From NCBI GenBank assembly GCA_041687335.1, contig JAWLCE010000001.1, forward strand, positions 33,840 through 97,839: a stretch of DNA of 64,000 nt, read 5' to 3'. Below the pieces are notes generated by a model, which saw only the letters and a program-made list of their open reading frames with translations, made no database searches and was not told where the DNA came from. Made by a program: the position numbers and the translations under genes. Within the stretch, counting starts at the first letter, position 1. Every line of letters starts with the position of its first letter. This stretch comes from Sumerlaeia bacterium. GTDB taxonomy: Bacteria; Sumerlaeota; Sumerlaeia; MVZB01. Below, in pieces: positions 55,696 to 64,000 of the stretch.

Positions 55696-57091
55696 CGACA
55701 CGCGCCGGCTGCGCGACCTCGACCCACGCTTCCTAGAACGCTATGACCTGATCGGGCCGCGCTACACCAGCTACCCAACCGCGCCGCAATGGCACGAGGG
55801 GGTTGGCGCGGGCGAGCTGGGGGCGCACCTGGAACGCCTGCGCGAAGGGGGCTCCCACCGCCCGCTTTCGATCTACGCGCACCTGCCGTTCTGCATCGAG
55901 CGCTGCAGCTTCTGCGCCTGCAACGTGATCGTCTCCAGCAAGATGGAGGCGGTCAGCGAGCCCTACGTGCGCCAGCTCGAGCGCGAGGCGGGGCTGTGGG
56001 CGGGGCGGCTCGACATCGCCCGGCCGGTCGCGCAGCTGCACTGGGGGGGCGGGACGCCGACCTATCTGACGCCTGACCAACTGCGCCGCGTGCACGCGAT
56101 CATCTCGCGACGATTTCAGCTGGCGGCCGACGCCGAGCAATCGATTGAAATCCACGTGAGCTGGACGAGCGACGAGCAGCTCGAGACGCTGCGCGAGCTG
56201 GGCTTCAACCGCATCTCGATGGGCGTGCAGGATTTCAACGAGCAGACGATGGCGGCGATCGGCCGGCGCCAGACGATCGCGCGCACACGCGAGGTGATCG
56301 GCAAGTGTCGGGCGCTCGGCTACGAGGGAATCAATGTCGACCTGATTTATGGGCTGCCCCACCAGACGGCGGAGACGTTCGCGGCGACGGTGGACGAGGT
56401 AATGGCGCTGCGGCCGGACCGGCTGGCGGTCTATAATTTTGCCTACCTGCCGGGCCGGCTGGCGCACCAGCGCGCGATCGACCCGGCGACGCTGCCGGCG
56501 GGGCCGGAGAAATTCAGGATCCTGCTGGAGGCGCACGACCGCTTCGTCGGCGCCGGCTACCGCTACATCGGCATGGATCACTTCGCGCTGCCCGAGGACG
56601 AGCTGGCGCGGGCCTACGACGAGGGGACGATGCAGCGCAATTTCATGGGGTTCACCACGAGGGCAGGGGCGGACCTGGTGGGCATGGGCGTCTCGGCGAT
56701 CAGCTCAATCGATGGGCTCGACACGCAGAACGTCAAGAAGCTGCCGGCCTATGAGCGCGCGCTGGCGGCGGGGGAATTTCCGGTCGAACGCGGGTTGGCA
56801 CTGAGCGGGGAGGACCTGTTGCGGCGCGAGGTCATCATGGCGATCATGTGCCGCGACCGGATCGAGAAGCGCCGGATCGAGCGGGCGTTTGGCATCTCGT
56901 TCGATGAGCATTTCGCGGGCGAGCTGGGGCAACTTGAGCCGCTGGTGGCGGACGAGCTGTTGACGGTGGCGGGGGACGAGATCGCGTTGACTTTCCTTGG
57001 CCGGCTGTTTGCAAGGAACATCGCGATGGTGTTCGACGAATATCTGCAGAAACCGAACGCGAAACAGGCGACGTATTCGAGGACGCTGTAG
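55682..57091 (+). CDS. hemN: Oxygen-independent coproporphyrinogen III oxidase (radical SAM)
   Basis: A 469-aa protein with GPRYTSYPTA and the cluster motif LPFCIERCSFCAC. It overlaps hemE by 14 nt. Confidence 0.8.
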   Translation: MGHINDTRRLRDLDPRFLERYDLIGPRYTSYPTAPQWHEGVGAGELGAHLERLREGGSHRPLSIYAHLPFCIERCSFCACNVIVSSKMEAVSEPYVRQLEREAGLWAGRLDIARPVAQLHWGGGTPTYLTPDQLRRVHAIISRRFQLAADAEQSIEIHVSWTSDEQLETLRELGFNRISMGVQDFNEQTMAAIGRRQTIARTREVIGKCRALGYEGINVDLIYGLPHQTAETFAATVDEVMALRPDRLAVYNFAYLPGRLAHQRAIDPATLPAGPEKFRILLEAHDRFVGAGYRYIGMDHFALPEDELARAYDEGTMQRNFMGFTTRAGADLVGMGVSAISSIDGLDTQNVKKLPAYERALAAGEFPVERGLALSGEDLLRREVIMAIMCRDRIEKRRIERAFGISFDEHFAGELGQLEPLVADELLTVAGDEIALTFLGRLFARNIAMVFDEYLQKPNAKQATYSRTL

Positions 57092-57341
57092 GGGATTTTG
57101 TCGCAAAGATGCAAAGCGTGGGTAGAGGACGCAGAGGAGATAAAAACGGCTCAAGCCGAAAACCCAGCCCCGAAGGGGGAATCATGAGAAATCACCTTGG
57201 CACAAATCAGAGCCTTCACGGCTCATGCCGAAAACCCAGCCCCGAAGGGGCGACCGCGATTAGCCGGGGGTGACCGGAGGGAACCCCCGGTCAACCGCAA
57301 TACAAACCGAGCCCCGAAGGGGCGACCGAGGAAACTTGATC

Positions 57342-57794
57342 ATGGCCGGCACCTTTACCTGCCTGAAATACCACATCACCTTCAGCACGAAGGATCGCCG
57401 TCCGTCGATCACCCGCGAGATGCAGCTCCGCCTGTTTGAATATTTAGGCGGCATGATTCGCGAACGCAGATCTATCCTTTACGAAATTGGCGGAGTCGCC
57501 GACCACATTCACATGCTTGTGAGGCTGCATCCTTCTTTGGCTGTTGCCAGTTTCCTTCGTGAACTTAAAAGTTCGTCATCGGGATGGATTCACCGCACCT
57601 TTCCTGACGAACGGAGTTTCGCCTGGCAGGAGGGCTACGGCGCCTTCAGCGTCAGCCAATCGCAGGTCGATAAGGTTGGAGCCTACATCCAAAACCAGTT
57701 TGAGCACCACAAGCGTTATTCTTTTCAGGATGAGTTTCGAGGTCTGCTGCGGGCGCACGAAATTGATTACGACGAGACGACGATATGGCAATGA
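57342..57794 (+). CDS. REP-associated tyrosine transposase (RAYT; IS200/IS605 TnpA-like Y1 HUH transposase)
   Basis: A 150-aa protein. DHIHMLV is the HUH motif and YGAFSVS supplies the catalytic Tyr region. There is a GAGGA SD upstream. Confidence 0.75.
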   Translation: MAGTFTCLKYHITFSTKDRRPSITREMQLRLFEYLGGMIRERRSILYEIGGVADHIHMLVRLHPSLAVASFLRELKSSSSGWIHRTFPDERSFAWQEGYGAFSVSQSQVDKVGAYIQNQFEHHKRYSFQDEFRGLLRAHEIDYDETTIWQ

Positions 57795-57837
57795 TTGAAG
57801 ATCGGCCGCCCCTGCGGGGCTTGGTGCTTGGGGCGCT

Positions 57838-58190
57838 TGACCGGGGGTTCCCTTCGGTCACCCCCGGCTACTCGCGGTCGTCCCTTCGGGGCTCGGTGCT
57901 TGGGGCGCTTGACCGGGGGTTCCCTTCGGTCACCCCCGGCTACTCGCGGCCGTCCCTGCGAGACTCCGGGGAGTCGACGGCGCTGGACCGGGGGTTCCCT
58001 TCGGTCACCCCCGGCTACTCGCGGCCGCCCCTGCGGGGCTTGGTGCTTGGGGCGCTTGACCGGGGGTTCCCTTCGGTCACCCCCGGCTACTCGCGGCCGT
58101 CCCTGCGGGACTCCGGGGAGTCGACGGCGCTGGACCGGGGGTTCCCTTCGGTCACCCCCGGCTACTCGCGGTCGTCCCTTCGGGACGGAA
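57838..58190 (-). repeat. Tandem array of five REP units (~60-75-nt period), ending 20 nt before the hemY start
   Basis: The unit gaccgggggttcccttcggtcacccccggctactcgcgg(t/c)cg(t/c)ccct(t/g)cgg... occurs five times. It is the reverse complement of the upstream gccccgaaggggcgaccgcgattagccgggggtgaccggagggaacccccggtc. Confidence 0.7.
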
Positions 58191-58209
58191 ACAGAATCGA
58201 GCAACCATC

Positions 58210-59655
58210 ATGATATCACCTGACCCCACCGCCATCTCCCCTCACCCCGCCGGCGCGCGGCGCGCCGATGTGCTCATTTGCGGGGGGGGGATCAGCGGGC
58301 TGTCGCTGGCGACGTGGCTGGCGCGGGCAGGGGTGCGGGCGGTCGTGATCGACAAGAACGCCGAACCGGGCGGCGTCATCGGCACGCTGCACAAGGACGG
58401 CTTTATCTTCGAGCGCGGGCCCAACACGGTGATGGACAAGTTCGACAGCTTCAACGAACTGATCGCGCTGGCGGGGCTGGAGGGTGAAATCATTCGCGAG
58501 CCGCTGGCGCGCCAGCAGCGCCACGTCTGGCTGCGCGGGGCGCTGCGGCGGGTGCCGACCTCTCCCCTCGCCTTCCTCGCCTCGCCGCTGCTGCCGCCGC
58601 TGGAGAAGCTGGCGCTTTTGCGCGAGCCGTTCGTGCGCGCCAACTCCGATGACGAATCGGTCGCCGAGTTCGTGCGGCGGCGGCTGGGGGCGGCCTGGGT
58701 GCGCAACCTCATCACGCCGATGGTCTCGGGTATTTGGGCCGGCGATCCCGAGCAGCTTTCGATCGCGCACGCCTTCCCGGTGATGAAGGAGATGGAGCGC
58801 GAGGGGGGCAGCATCGTGCGGGGGGCCGTGATCCGCATGCGGCGGCGCGCGCGCGAGCGGCGCGAGGCGGGGTTGCCCCGGCGCGTCAAGCACCTGGTGA
58901 GTTTCCGCGACGGTATGCAGCGGCTGCCGATCGCGCTGGCGGCGCGGTTGGGCGCGGACTACCTGCCGGCGACGCGGATCGAGGCCCTCGAGGAGCTGGC
59001 GGGCGGGGGCTTCCGCGTCGCGGCGCGGCGCGATGGCCAGCCGCTGCTGCTGGAGGCGCGCGAGCTGGTGATCGCGGCCGAGTCGGACCAGGCGACGGGC
59101 TGGCTCGAGCCGCTGGACCGCGAGGTTGCCGCCGTGCTGCGCCAGTTCCCCTACAACCGGCTGGCGGTCGTGGCGCTGGGGCTCGATGCCGGCCAGGCGC
59201 GCCTGCCGGAGGGATTCGGATTCCTCGTGCCGCGCGGCGAGGGGGTTCGCCTGCTGGGGGCGATCGTCAACTCCAACTTCCTGCCGGGCCGCGCCCCGGC
59301 CGGCTGCGCCGCGCTGACGATCTTTATCGGCGGGGAGCTTGACCCGGCGGCGGTGGAGCTGAACGACGACGAGCTGCTCGGCTCGCTGCGGCGCGACCTG
59401 CGCAAGACGATCGGTTGGCAGGGTGAACCGCGCGCGCTGCACATCGAACGCTGGCCGCGGGCGATCCCGCAATATGACCTGCGCCACGGCGAGCGCCTGC
59501 GCCAGATTGAGGCGGCCGAAGCGCGCCGCCCGGGGCTGCACCTGGTCGGAAACTGGCGCGGCGGCGTCGCCATCGGCGACCGCATCGAAACCACGCTCGG
59601 CCTGAGCCGGCGCATCCTGGACCGGCTCGGCCGATCAACGGGAGGCCAGCCATGA
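58210..59655 (+). CDS. hemY: Protoporphyrinogen oxidase (FAD-dependent, HemY-type)
   Basis: N-terminal FAD-binding motif VLICGGGISGLSLA, a 481-aa length and a heme-cluster context. Confidence 0.65.
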   Translation: MISPDPTAISPHPAGARRADVLICGGGISGLSLATWLARAGVRAVVIDKNAEPGGVIGTLHKDGFIFERGPNTVMDKFDSFNELIALAGLEGEIIREPLARQQRHVWLRGALRRVPTSPLAFLASPLLPPLEKLALLREPFVRANSDDESVAEFVRRRLGAAWVRNLITPMVSGIWAGDPEQLSIAHAFPVMKEMEREGGSIVRGAVIRMRRRARERREAGLPRRVKHLVSFRDGMQRLPIALAARLGADYLPATRIEALEELAGGGFRVAARRDGQPLLLEARELVIAAESDQATGWLEPLDREVAAVLRQFPYNRLAVVALGLDAGQARLPEGFGFLVPRGEGVRLLGAIVNSNFLPGRAPAGCAALTIFIGGELDPAAVELNDDELLGSLRRDLRKTIGWQGEPRALHIERWPRAIPQYDLRHGERLRQIEAAEARRPGLHLVGNWRGGVAIGDRIETTLGLSRRILDRLGRSTGGQP

Positions 59656-60917
59656 GCGATGCGGCGATGATCGACCGGCGGGACGGCGAGCTGGGGCGGC
59701 TGGCCAGTGAGGCGCTCGGCACCCCCTGCGCGCCGCGGCCGACGCTCCACATGTGCGGCATCAATTACAACAGCGCCCCGCTGGCGATCCGCGAGCGGTT
59801 TGCACTCTGCCCGTCGCGCTGTGCCGAGGAGCTGCGCCGCCTGCGCGAGGCGGGGCTTGCCGAACAGATCCTGATCCTCTCGACCTGCAACCGGACCGAG
59901 CTCTATGCCTTCAGCACGCATGGCTGCTTTGAGTCGGAGCTGGCGGCCGCCCTGCGGGGGCTGGCCGATCCGCCGATCGACGCCACATTGATCTACCGCC
60001 ACCGCGGCGTGGAGGCGGCGCGCCACCTGTTCGCCGTCGGGGCCGGGCTGGACTCGATGATCCTCGGCGAGAACCAGGTCAAGGGCCAGCTGCGGGCGGC
60101 TTATGAACGAAGCCGCGAGCACGATGCCGCGGGGCCGGACCTGGCGAGACTGGTCGAGGCGGCGTTCCGGGCCGGCAAGCGCATCCGCAGCGAGACGGAG
60201 CTGAACAGCGGCACCCTCGACGTCGGCAAGGCGGCGGTGCTGCAGGGTGAGACGGTGCTGGAGGGGCTGGCGGGGCGCGTCTGCATCCTGCTGGGGGCGG
60301 GCAAGATCGGGACGGTCGCCGCGCGTGCGATCGCCGAGCGCCGGCCCGGTCGCCTGCTGATCGTCAACCGCACGCTGGAGCGCGCCCAACCGTTGGCGAA
60401 CGAACTGGGGGGGGAAGCCTTCGGGATCGAGGCGCTGCCGAAGCTGCTGCCCGAGGCCGACTTCGTGCTCGGCGCGGCCTATGCGCCGGGGCTGCTGCTC
60501 GACCGGGCGGTCTGGGAGCGGGCGTATGGCGGACCGCGCCCGCCGCGGCGCCGGCTCTGCATGGTCGATGCCGCCGTGCCACGCTCGATCGACCCGGCGC
60601 TGGCGCTGATCGACGGGATTGAATTATTCGACATCGAGCACATGGAGGAGATCGTCGCGCGCAATCGCGAACGGCGCCAGTGCGCGGCCCAAGCCGCCTG
60701 GCGGATCATCGAGTCCGAGTTGAGCTGCTATCGTGAGGCGCTGGTGAGCGCCGAGCTGGGCCCCACCATCACCCGCCTGAGCCGGCGCTTTGACGAATTG
60801 TTTGAGCAGGAAATTCCGGGCTGCGATGAGGAGAGCCAGACGCGCCGCCGACTCAAGCAGCGCCTGCTGCACGCCGTCATCTGCGAGATAAAGTCGATCC
60901 ACGGCACGGGCCGGTAA
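59652..60917 (+). CDS. hemA: Glutamyl-tRNA reductase
   Basis: LILSTCNRTELY is the signature motif and LLGAGKIG is the NADPH Rossmann motif. It overlaps the hemY stop by 4 nt. Confidence 0.85.
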   Translation: MSDAAMIDRRDGELGRLASEALGTPCAPRPTLHMCGINYNSAPLAIRERFALCPSRCAEELRRLREAGLAEQILILSTCNRTELYAFSTHGCFESELAAALRGLADPPIDATLIYRHRGVEAARHLFAVGAGLDSMILGENQVKGQLRAAYERSREHDAAGPDLARLVEAAFRAGKRIRSETELNSGTLDVGKAAVLQGETVLEGLAGRVCILLGAGKIGTVAARAIAERRPGRLLIVNRTLERAQPLANELGGEAFGIEALPKLLPEADFVLGAAYAPGLLLDRAVWERAYGGPRPPRRRLCMVDAAVPRSIDPALALIDGIELFDIEHMEEIVARNRERRQCAAQAAWRIIESELSCYREALVSAELGPTITRLSRRFDELFEQEIPGCDEESQTRRRLKQRLLHAVICEIKSIHGTGR

Positions 60918-61103
60918 GCCCGAAGGCGGGGCGCGAGCATGTCGCGCCGGCTGGACTGAGCCCCGCGTGGATGCTCAATTGCGATACTTCACAAACTCAT
61001 CGACTGGGTATGCGCCCTTGATGGAATGGCATCGTCGTCCCACGTCCATCGGGGTGTCGAAATTGCTTGTGCGACCCCCGCTGGCATGCCAGGCGTCCTC
61101 CTG

Positions 61104-62975
61104 CTACTTCAGCACCGCCCCCTGGGCGGCATTGGTGACCATCTTCTGGTAGCGGCCCAGCCAGCCGAAGTTCATCCGCGGCGCGGGCGGCTGCCACTGG
61201 GCGCGGCGGCGTTCGAGCTCGGCGGGCTCGAGCTTGAGCTCGATTGTCTTGTTGGGGATGTCGATGGCGATCGTGTCGCCGTCGCGCACCAGGGCGATCA
61301 AGCCGCCCTCGGCGGCCTCGGGGCTGACGTGGCCGATGCAGGCCCCAGCCGTGCCGCCGCTGAAGCGGCCGTCGGTGATGAGCGCCACCGTCTTGCCCAG
61401 GCCCATCCCCTTGATATAGCTGGTGGGGCTGAGCATCTCCTGCATGCCGGGCCCGCCGCGCGGCCCCTCGTAGCGGATCACCACGACCATCCCCGGCTTG
61501 ACGCGCTTGCCAAGGATTCCCCTGCAGGCTTCGTCCTGGCTTTCGAAGACGATCGCCGGACCTTCGTGCACGAGGATTTCGGGGTCGACGCCGGCGGTCT
61601 TGACCACGCTCCCCTGCTCGGCGAGGTTGCCATAGAGGATGGTGAGCCCGCCCTCCTCGGAATAGGCCCGCGGCACCTCGCGAATGACGTCATAGGGATC
61701 CCAGCCGTCGGCGGCCTCGATGCAGGGGTTGGAGGCGAGCGCGACGGCGCCGGCGCGGCCTGCGATCCGCTCGGGGGCGCGCCCGGCGGCGGCGGCCAGG
61801 TCGGCGCGAACCTCGGCAACGCTCTTGCCGGTGGCGCGGGCGCCCTCGATGCACATGGCGATGGCCTCTTCCTCGACACGGGGCGAACGCACGTCGTTGC
61901 GGGCGATGTTTTCGCCAAGCGTCGCGCCGGTCACGGTGATGCAGCCCTCGTCGAGCAGGCCGGGCTTGCCGCGGACGATCGAGCCCAGGATTGAGTGGAT
62001 GCCGCCGGCCAGGTGCACGTCCTGGATGTGATAGACCCGACCCTCGGGCGTGGCCGAGGGGGCGACCTTGCAGACGTTGGGGGTCTTGATCGACAGCTCG
62101 TTGATGCGCGCCATGTCGTAATCGATCCCCGCCTCGCGCGCGATCGCCAGCGTGTGGAGCAAGGTGTTGGTCGAGCCGCCCATGGCCATGTCAAGGATCA
62201 TCGAGTTATCGAAGGCGGCCGCCGTGGCGATATCGCGCGGCTTGATGTCACGGGCGACCAGCTCGAGGACCTGCTCGGCGGCGCGGCGATACAGCCGCAT
62301 GCGTTCGGGGCTGGTGGCCAGCACGGTGCCGTTGCCGGGCAGCGCCATCCCAAGCGCCTCGCTCAGGCAGTTCATCGAGTTGGCGGTGAACATGCCCGAG
62401 CAGGAGCCGCAGGTGGGGCAGGCGGCCATCTCGACCTGCTCGAATTCCTCGTCGCTGATCGCGCCGACCTCGCGCTGGCCAACGGCGTAAAAGGCATCGA
62501 TCAGGTCGACGGTCCGGCCGGCGGCCGTCACGCCCGCCTCCATCGGCCCGCCCGAGACGAAGATGGTCGGGATGTTGACACGCATCGCGGCCATCAGCAT
62601 GCCCGGCACGATCTTGTCGCAGTTGGGGATGCAGATCATGCCGTCGAAGTGGTGGGCGCGGACCATGGTCTCGACCGAGTCGGCGATGATCTCGCGCGAG
62701 GGCAGCGAATACTTCATGCCGTCGTGGCCCATGGCGATGCCGTCATCGACGCCGATGGTGTGGAAGATGAAGGGGACGCCGCCGGCATCGCGGACGGCCT
62801 GCTTGATGAACTGGCCGACCGAATCCAGGTGCACATGGCCGGGAATGATCTCGACGTGGCTGCAGCAGATCGCGATGAAGGGTTTGCCCCAGTCGCCCTC
62901 GCCGACGCCGGTGGCGCGCAGCAATGACCGATGCGGCGCCCGCTCCGGTCCCTTCTTGATCATGTCCGAACGCAT
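61104..62975 (-). CDS. ilvD: Dihydroxy-acid dehydratase
   Basis: A 623-aa protein. The ...[16 protein letters not shown]... motif fits IlvD/EDD. Confidence 0.9.
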   Translation of the reverse strand: MRSDMIKKGPERAPHRSLLRATGVGEGDWGKPFIAICCSHVEIIPGHVHLDSVGQFIKQAVRDAGGVPFIFHTIGVDDGIAMGHDGMKYSLPSREIIADSVETMVRAHHFDGMICIPNCDKIVPGMLMAAMRVNIPTIFVSGGPMEAGVTAAGRTVDLIDAFYAVGQREVGAISDEEFEQVEMAACPTCGSCSGMFTANSMNCLSEALGMALPGNGTVLATSPERMRLYRRAAEQVLELVARDIKPRDIATAAAFDNSMILDMAMGGSTNTLLHTLAIAREAGIDYDMARINELSIKTPNVCKVAPSATPEGRVYHIQDVHLAGGIHSILGSIVRGKPGLLDEGCITVTGATLGENIARNDVRSPRVEEEAIAMCIEGARATGKSVAEVRADLAAAAGRAPERIAGRAGAVALASNPCIEAADGWDPYDVIREVPRAYSEEGGLTILYGNLAEQGSVVKTAGVDPEILVHEGPAIVFESQDEACRGILGKRVKPGMVVVIRYEGPRGGPGMQEMLSPTSYIKGMGLGKTVALITDGRFSGGTAGACIGHVSPEAAEGGLIALVRDGDTIAIDIPNKTIELKLEPAELERRRAQWQPPAPRMNFGWLGRYQKMVTNAAQGAVLK

Positions 62976-63029
62976 CGCAATGCCCCCTTGATTGACTTGT
63001 CAAAAAAAATTGCTAAATGTGCGGGCCGA

Positions 63030-63293
63030 TCAGGCGGTGTCATCGGGGTGGCCGGCAGGACCGGCCTCGCCACCACCGCGCTGAAGGCCGGCGAGCACCG
63101 CCAGGATGCGGGCCTCCTCCTCGGCCGGGCCGATGACGACCCCCCAGCCGCGCTGGAGCTGGAAAATGCCGACATAGGCGGGATCGCCGTAGGAGCGCAG
63201 CACGTGGGGCACGCCCTCCTGCTCGAGCGCCGCGCCCAGCAGCCGCGCCTCGATCTCATTGTCGAGCTTGGCGATTTCCTTGAATTCCGTCAT
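63030..63293 (-). CDS. Small hypothetical protein (about 87 aa)
   Basis: The start was refined to MTEFKEIAKLDNEIEARLLG. No confident family assignment. Confidence 0.3.
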   Translation of the reverse strand: MTEFKEIAKLDNEIEARLLGAALEQEGVPHVLRSYGDPAYVGIFQLQRGWGVVIGPAEEEARILAVLAGLQRGGGEAGPAGHPDDTA

Positions 63294-63448
63294 AGGTCTG
63301 CCTTCCGGCGGGCGATGCGAGACCGGCTCCGCATACCAATTTATCCCGCCCCCGGCCTTGACGCCAGCATTATTGGCTGCCAGACTGAGGTGGCCCGCGT
63401 TTTGTTCACGTGTCATCATCCAAGGAGACGCGAAGGGCACCAGCCGAC

Positions 63449-64000
63449 ATGCCGCACTCCCGCCCAGTCCGCCTCATCCGCAGCCAGTGGTTCTCGCTGA
63501 CGCTGGTGGCGGCGTTCATCGTTTCCTGGCTGCTGCCGCAAGTCGGGGTGGCCGTCAATCGTGGCGGGCACGCGCAATATTGGGCGATTGTGGTCATCTT
63601 TCTGGTGTCGGGGCTGGTGCTGCCGACGCGGGAGGCGCTGGCGGGGCTGCTCAACTGGCGCGCCCATCTCTTCATCCAACTCTTCAGCTTCGTCCTGATC
63701 CCGCTGGTGGCCTGGCTGGTGCTCTGGCCGCTGCGCGGGCGGCTCGAGCCGGGCCTGCTGGCGGGTTTATACCTGCTGGCGGCGCTGCCGACGACGATCA
63801 GCTCGTGCGTGGTCTTCACCCAGTTGTCGGGCGGCAACACCGCCACCGCGCTGTTCAATGCCACGGCCGGTAACATGGCGGGGATCCTCGTGACCCCGGC
63901 GCTGTTGTTCCTGATGCTTGGCAACGCCGTCGAAGTCGATATCGATTCGCTGGAGATCGCCGCCCGGCTGGCGCGCCAGGTGATCCTGCCGTTCTTCATC
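63449..64000 (+). CDS. Bile acid:sodium symporter (BASS/SBF-like) family transporter, N-terminal part; continues past the window end
   Basis: ATG at 63449. LPTTISSCVVFTQLSGGNTATALFNATAGNMAGILVTP is the BASS core motif. It is absent from the ORF track because it is truncated. Confidence 0.55.
   Translation, partial: MPHSRPVRLIRSQWFSLTLVAAFIVSWLLPQVGVAVNRGGHAQYWAIVVIFLVSGLVLPTREALAGLLNWRAHLFIQLFSFVLIPLVAWLVLWPLRGRLEPGLLAGLYLLAALPTTISSCVVFTQLSGGNTATALFNATAGNMAGILVTPALLFLMLGNAVEVDIDSLEIAARLARQVILPFFI

Larger units (their letters stand above)
57155..58190 (+). mobile_element. RAYT-REP module: an IS200-like tyrosine transposase gene flanked by inverted arrays of REP units
   Basis: Upstream there is one full and two partial REP copies (57155-57335). 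The gene is 57342-57794. Downstream there are five tandem REP copies in the opposite orientation (57838-58190). Confidence 0.7.

Noticed and set aside
57838-58190. A CRISPR-like look: five regularly spaced ~45-nt repeats with short intervening segments
   Set aside because: The intervening segments are only about 12-25 nt and resemble one another. The repeats are the same unit found singly elsewhere and next to an IS200-like transposase. There is no cas gene nearby. The array is interpreted as REP units.

Overview
This is a high-GC (roughly 65-70% by eye) bacterial chromosomal segment with about 55 protein-coding genes, two tRNAs, one riboswitch and several interspersed repeat families. The gene content points tentatively to a PVC-superphylum organism (Planctomycetota or Verrucomicrobiota): secreted Gfo/Idh/MocA oxidoreductases with Tat signals, a DUF1080 fusion, a DUF1343 protein, many lipoproteins, and a TIGR03662/TIGR03663 membrane protein pair. 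The lineage is an inference only. The window includes dnaA with two tRNA genes upstream, so it probably lies near the replication origin, but I could not find DnaA boxes by eye. Housekeeping genes present: rpsA; ilvC and ilvD; aroC; glgP; queD; a thiamine operon behind a clear TPP riboswitch (thiSF fusion, thiS, thiG, thiH); heme genes hemE, hemN, hemY and hemA; and dnaA. Envelope and glycan genes are abundant. They include a secretin with a GspC/PilP-like partner, an ExbB-ExbD operon with a TonB-like protein and an NfeD protein, four GT-C-fold membrane proteins, a GT4, a carbamoyltransferase with its small DUF5989 partner, an M23 peptidase, an M15-like peptidase and a NamZ-like protein. Four things are not explained by ordinary annotation. 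First, an IS200-like REP-associated tyrosine transposase flanked by inverted arrays of a ~57-nt GC-rich REP unit splits the heme cluster. Second, a second short-repeat family built from CACGAATG/CATTCGTG octamers occurs at five sites, one of them in-frame inside a MrfA-like helicase gene. Third, an approximately 240-bp composite element is duplicated at about 90% identity upstream of two convergent genes. Fourth, there are AT-rich islets, one of which is a 248-aa membrane protein gene translationally coupled to queD. Many long ORFs in the track are antisense artefacts of GC-rich codon bias and were rejected. Start codons were refined by signal peptide and Shine-Dalgarno context and are approximate to within a few nt.
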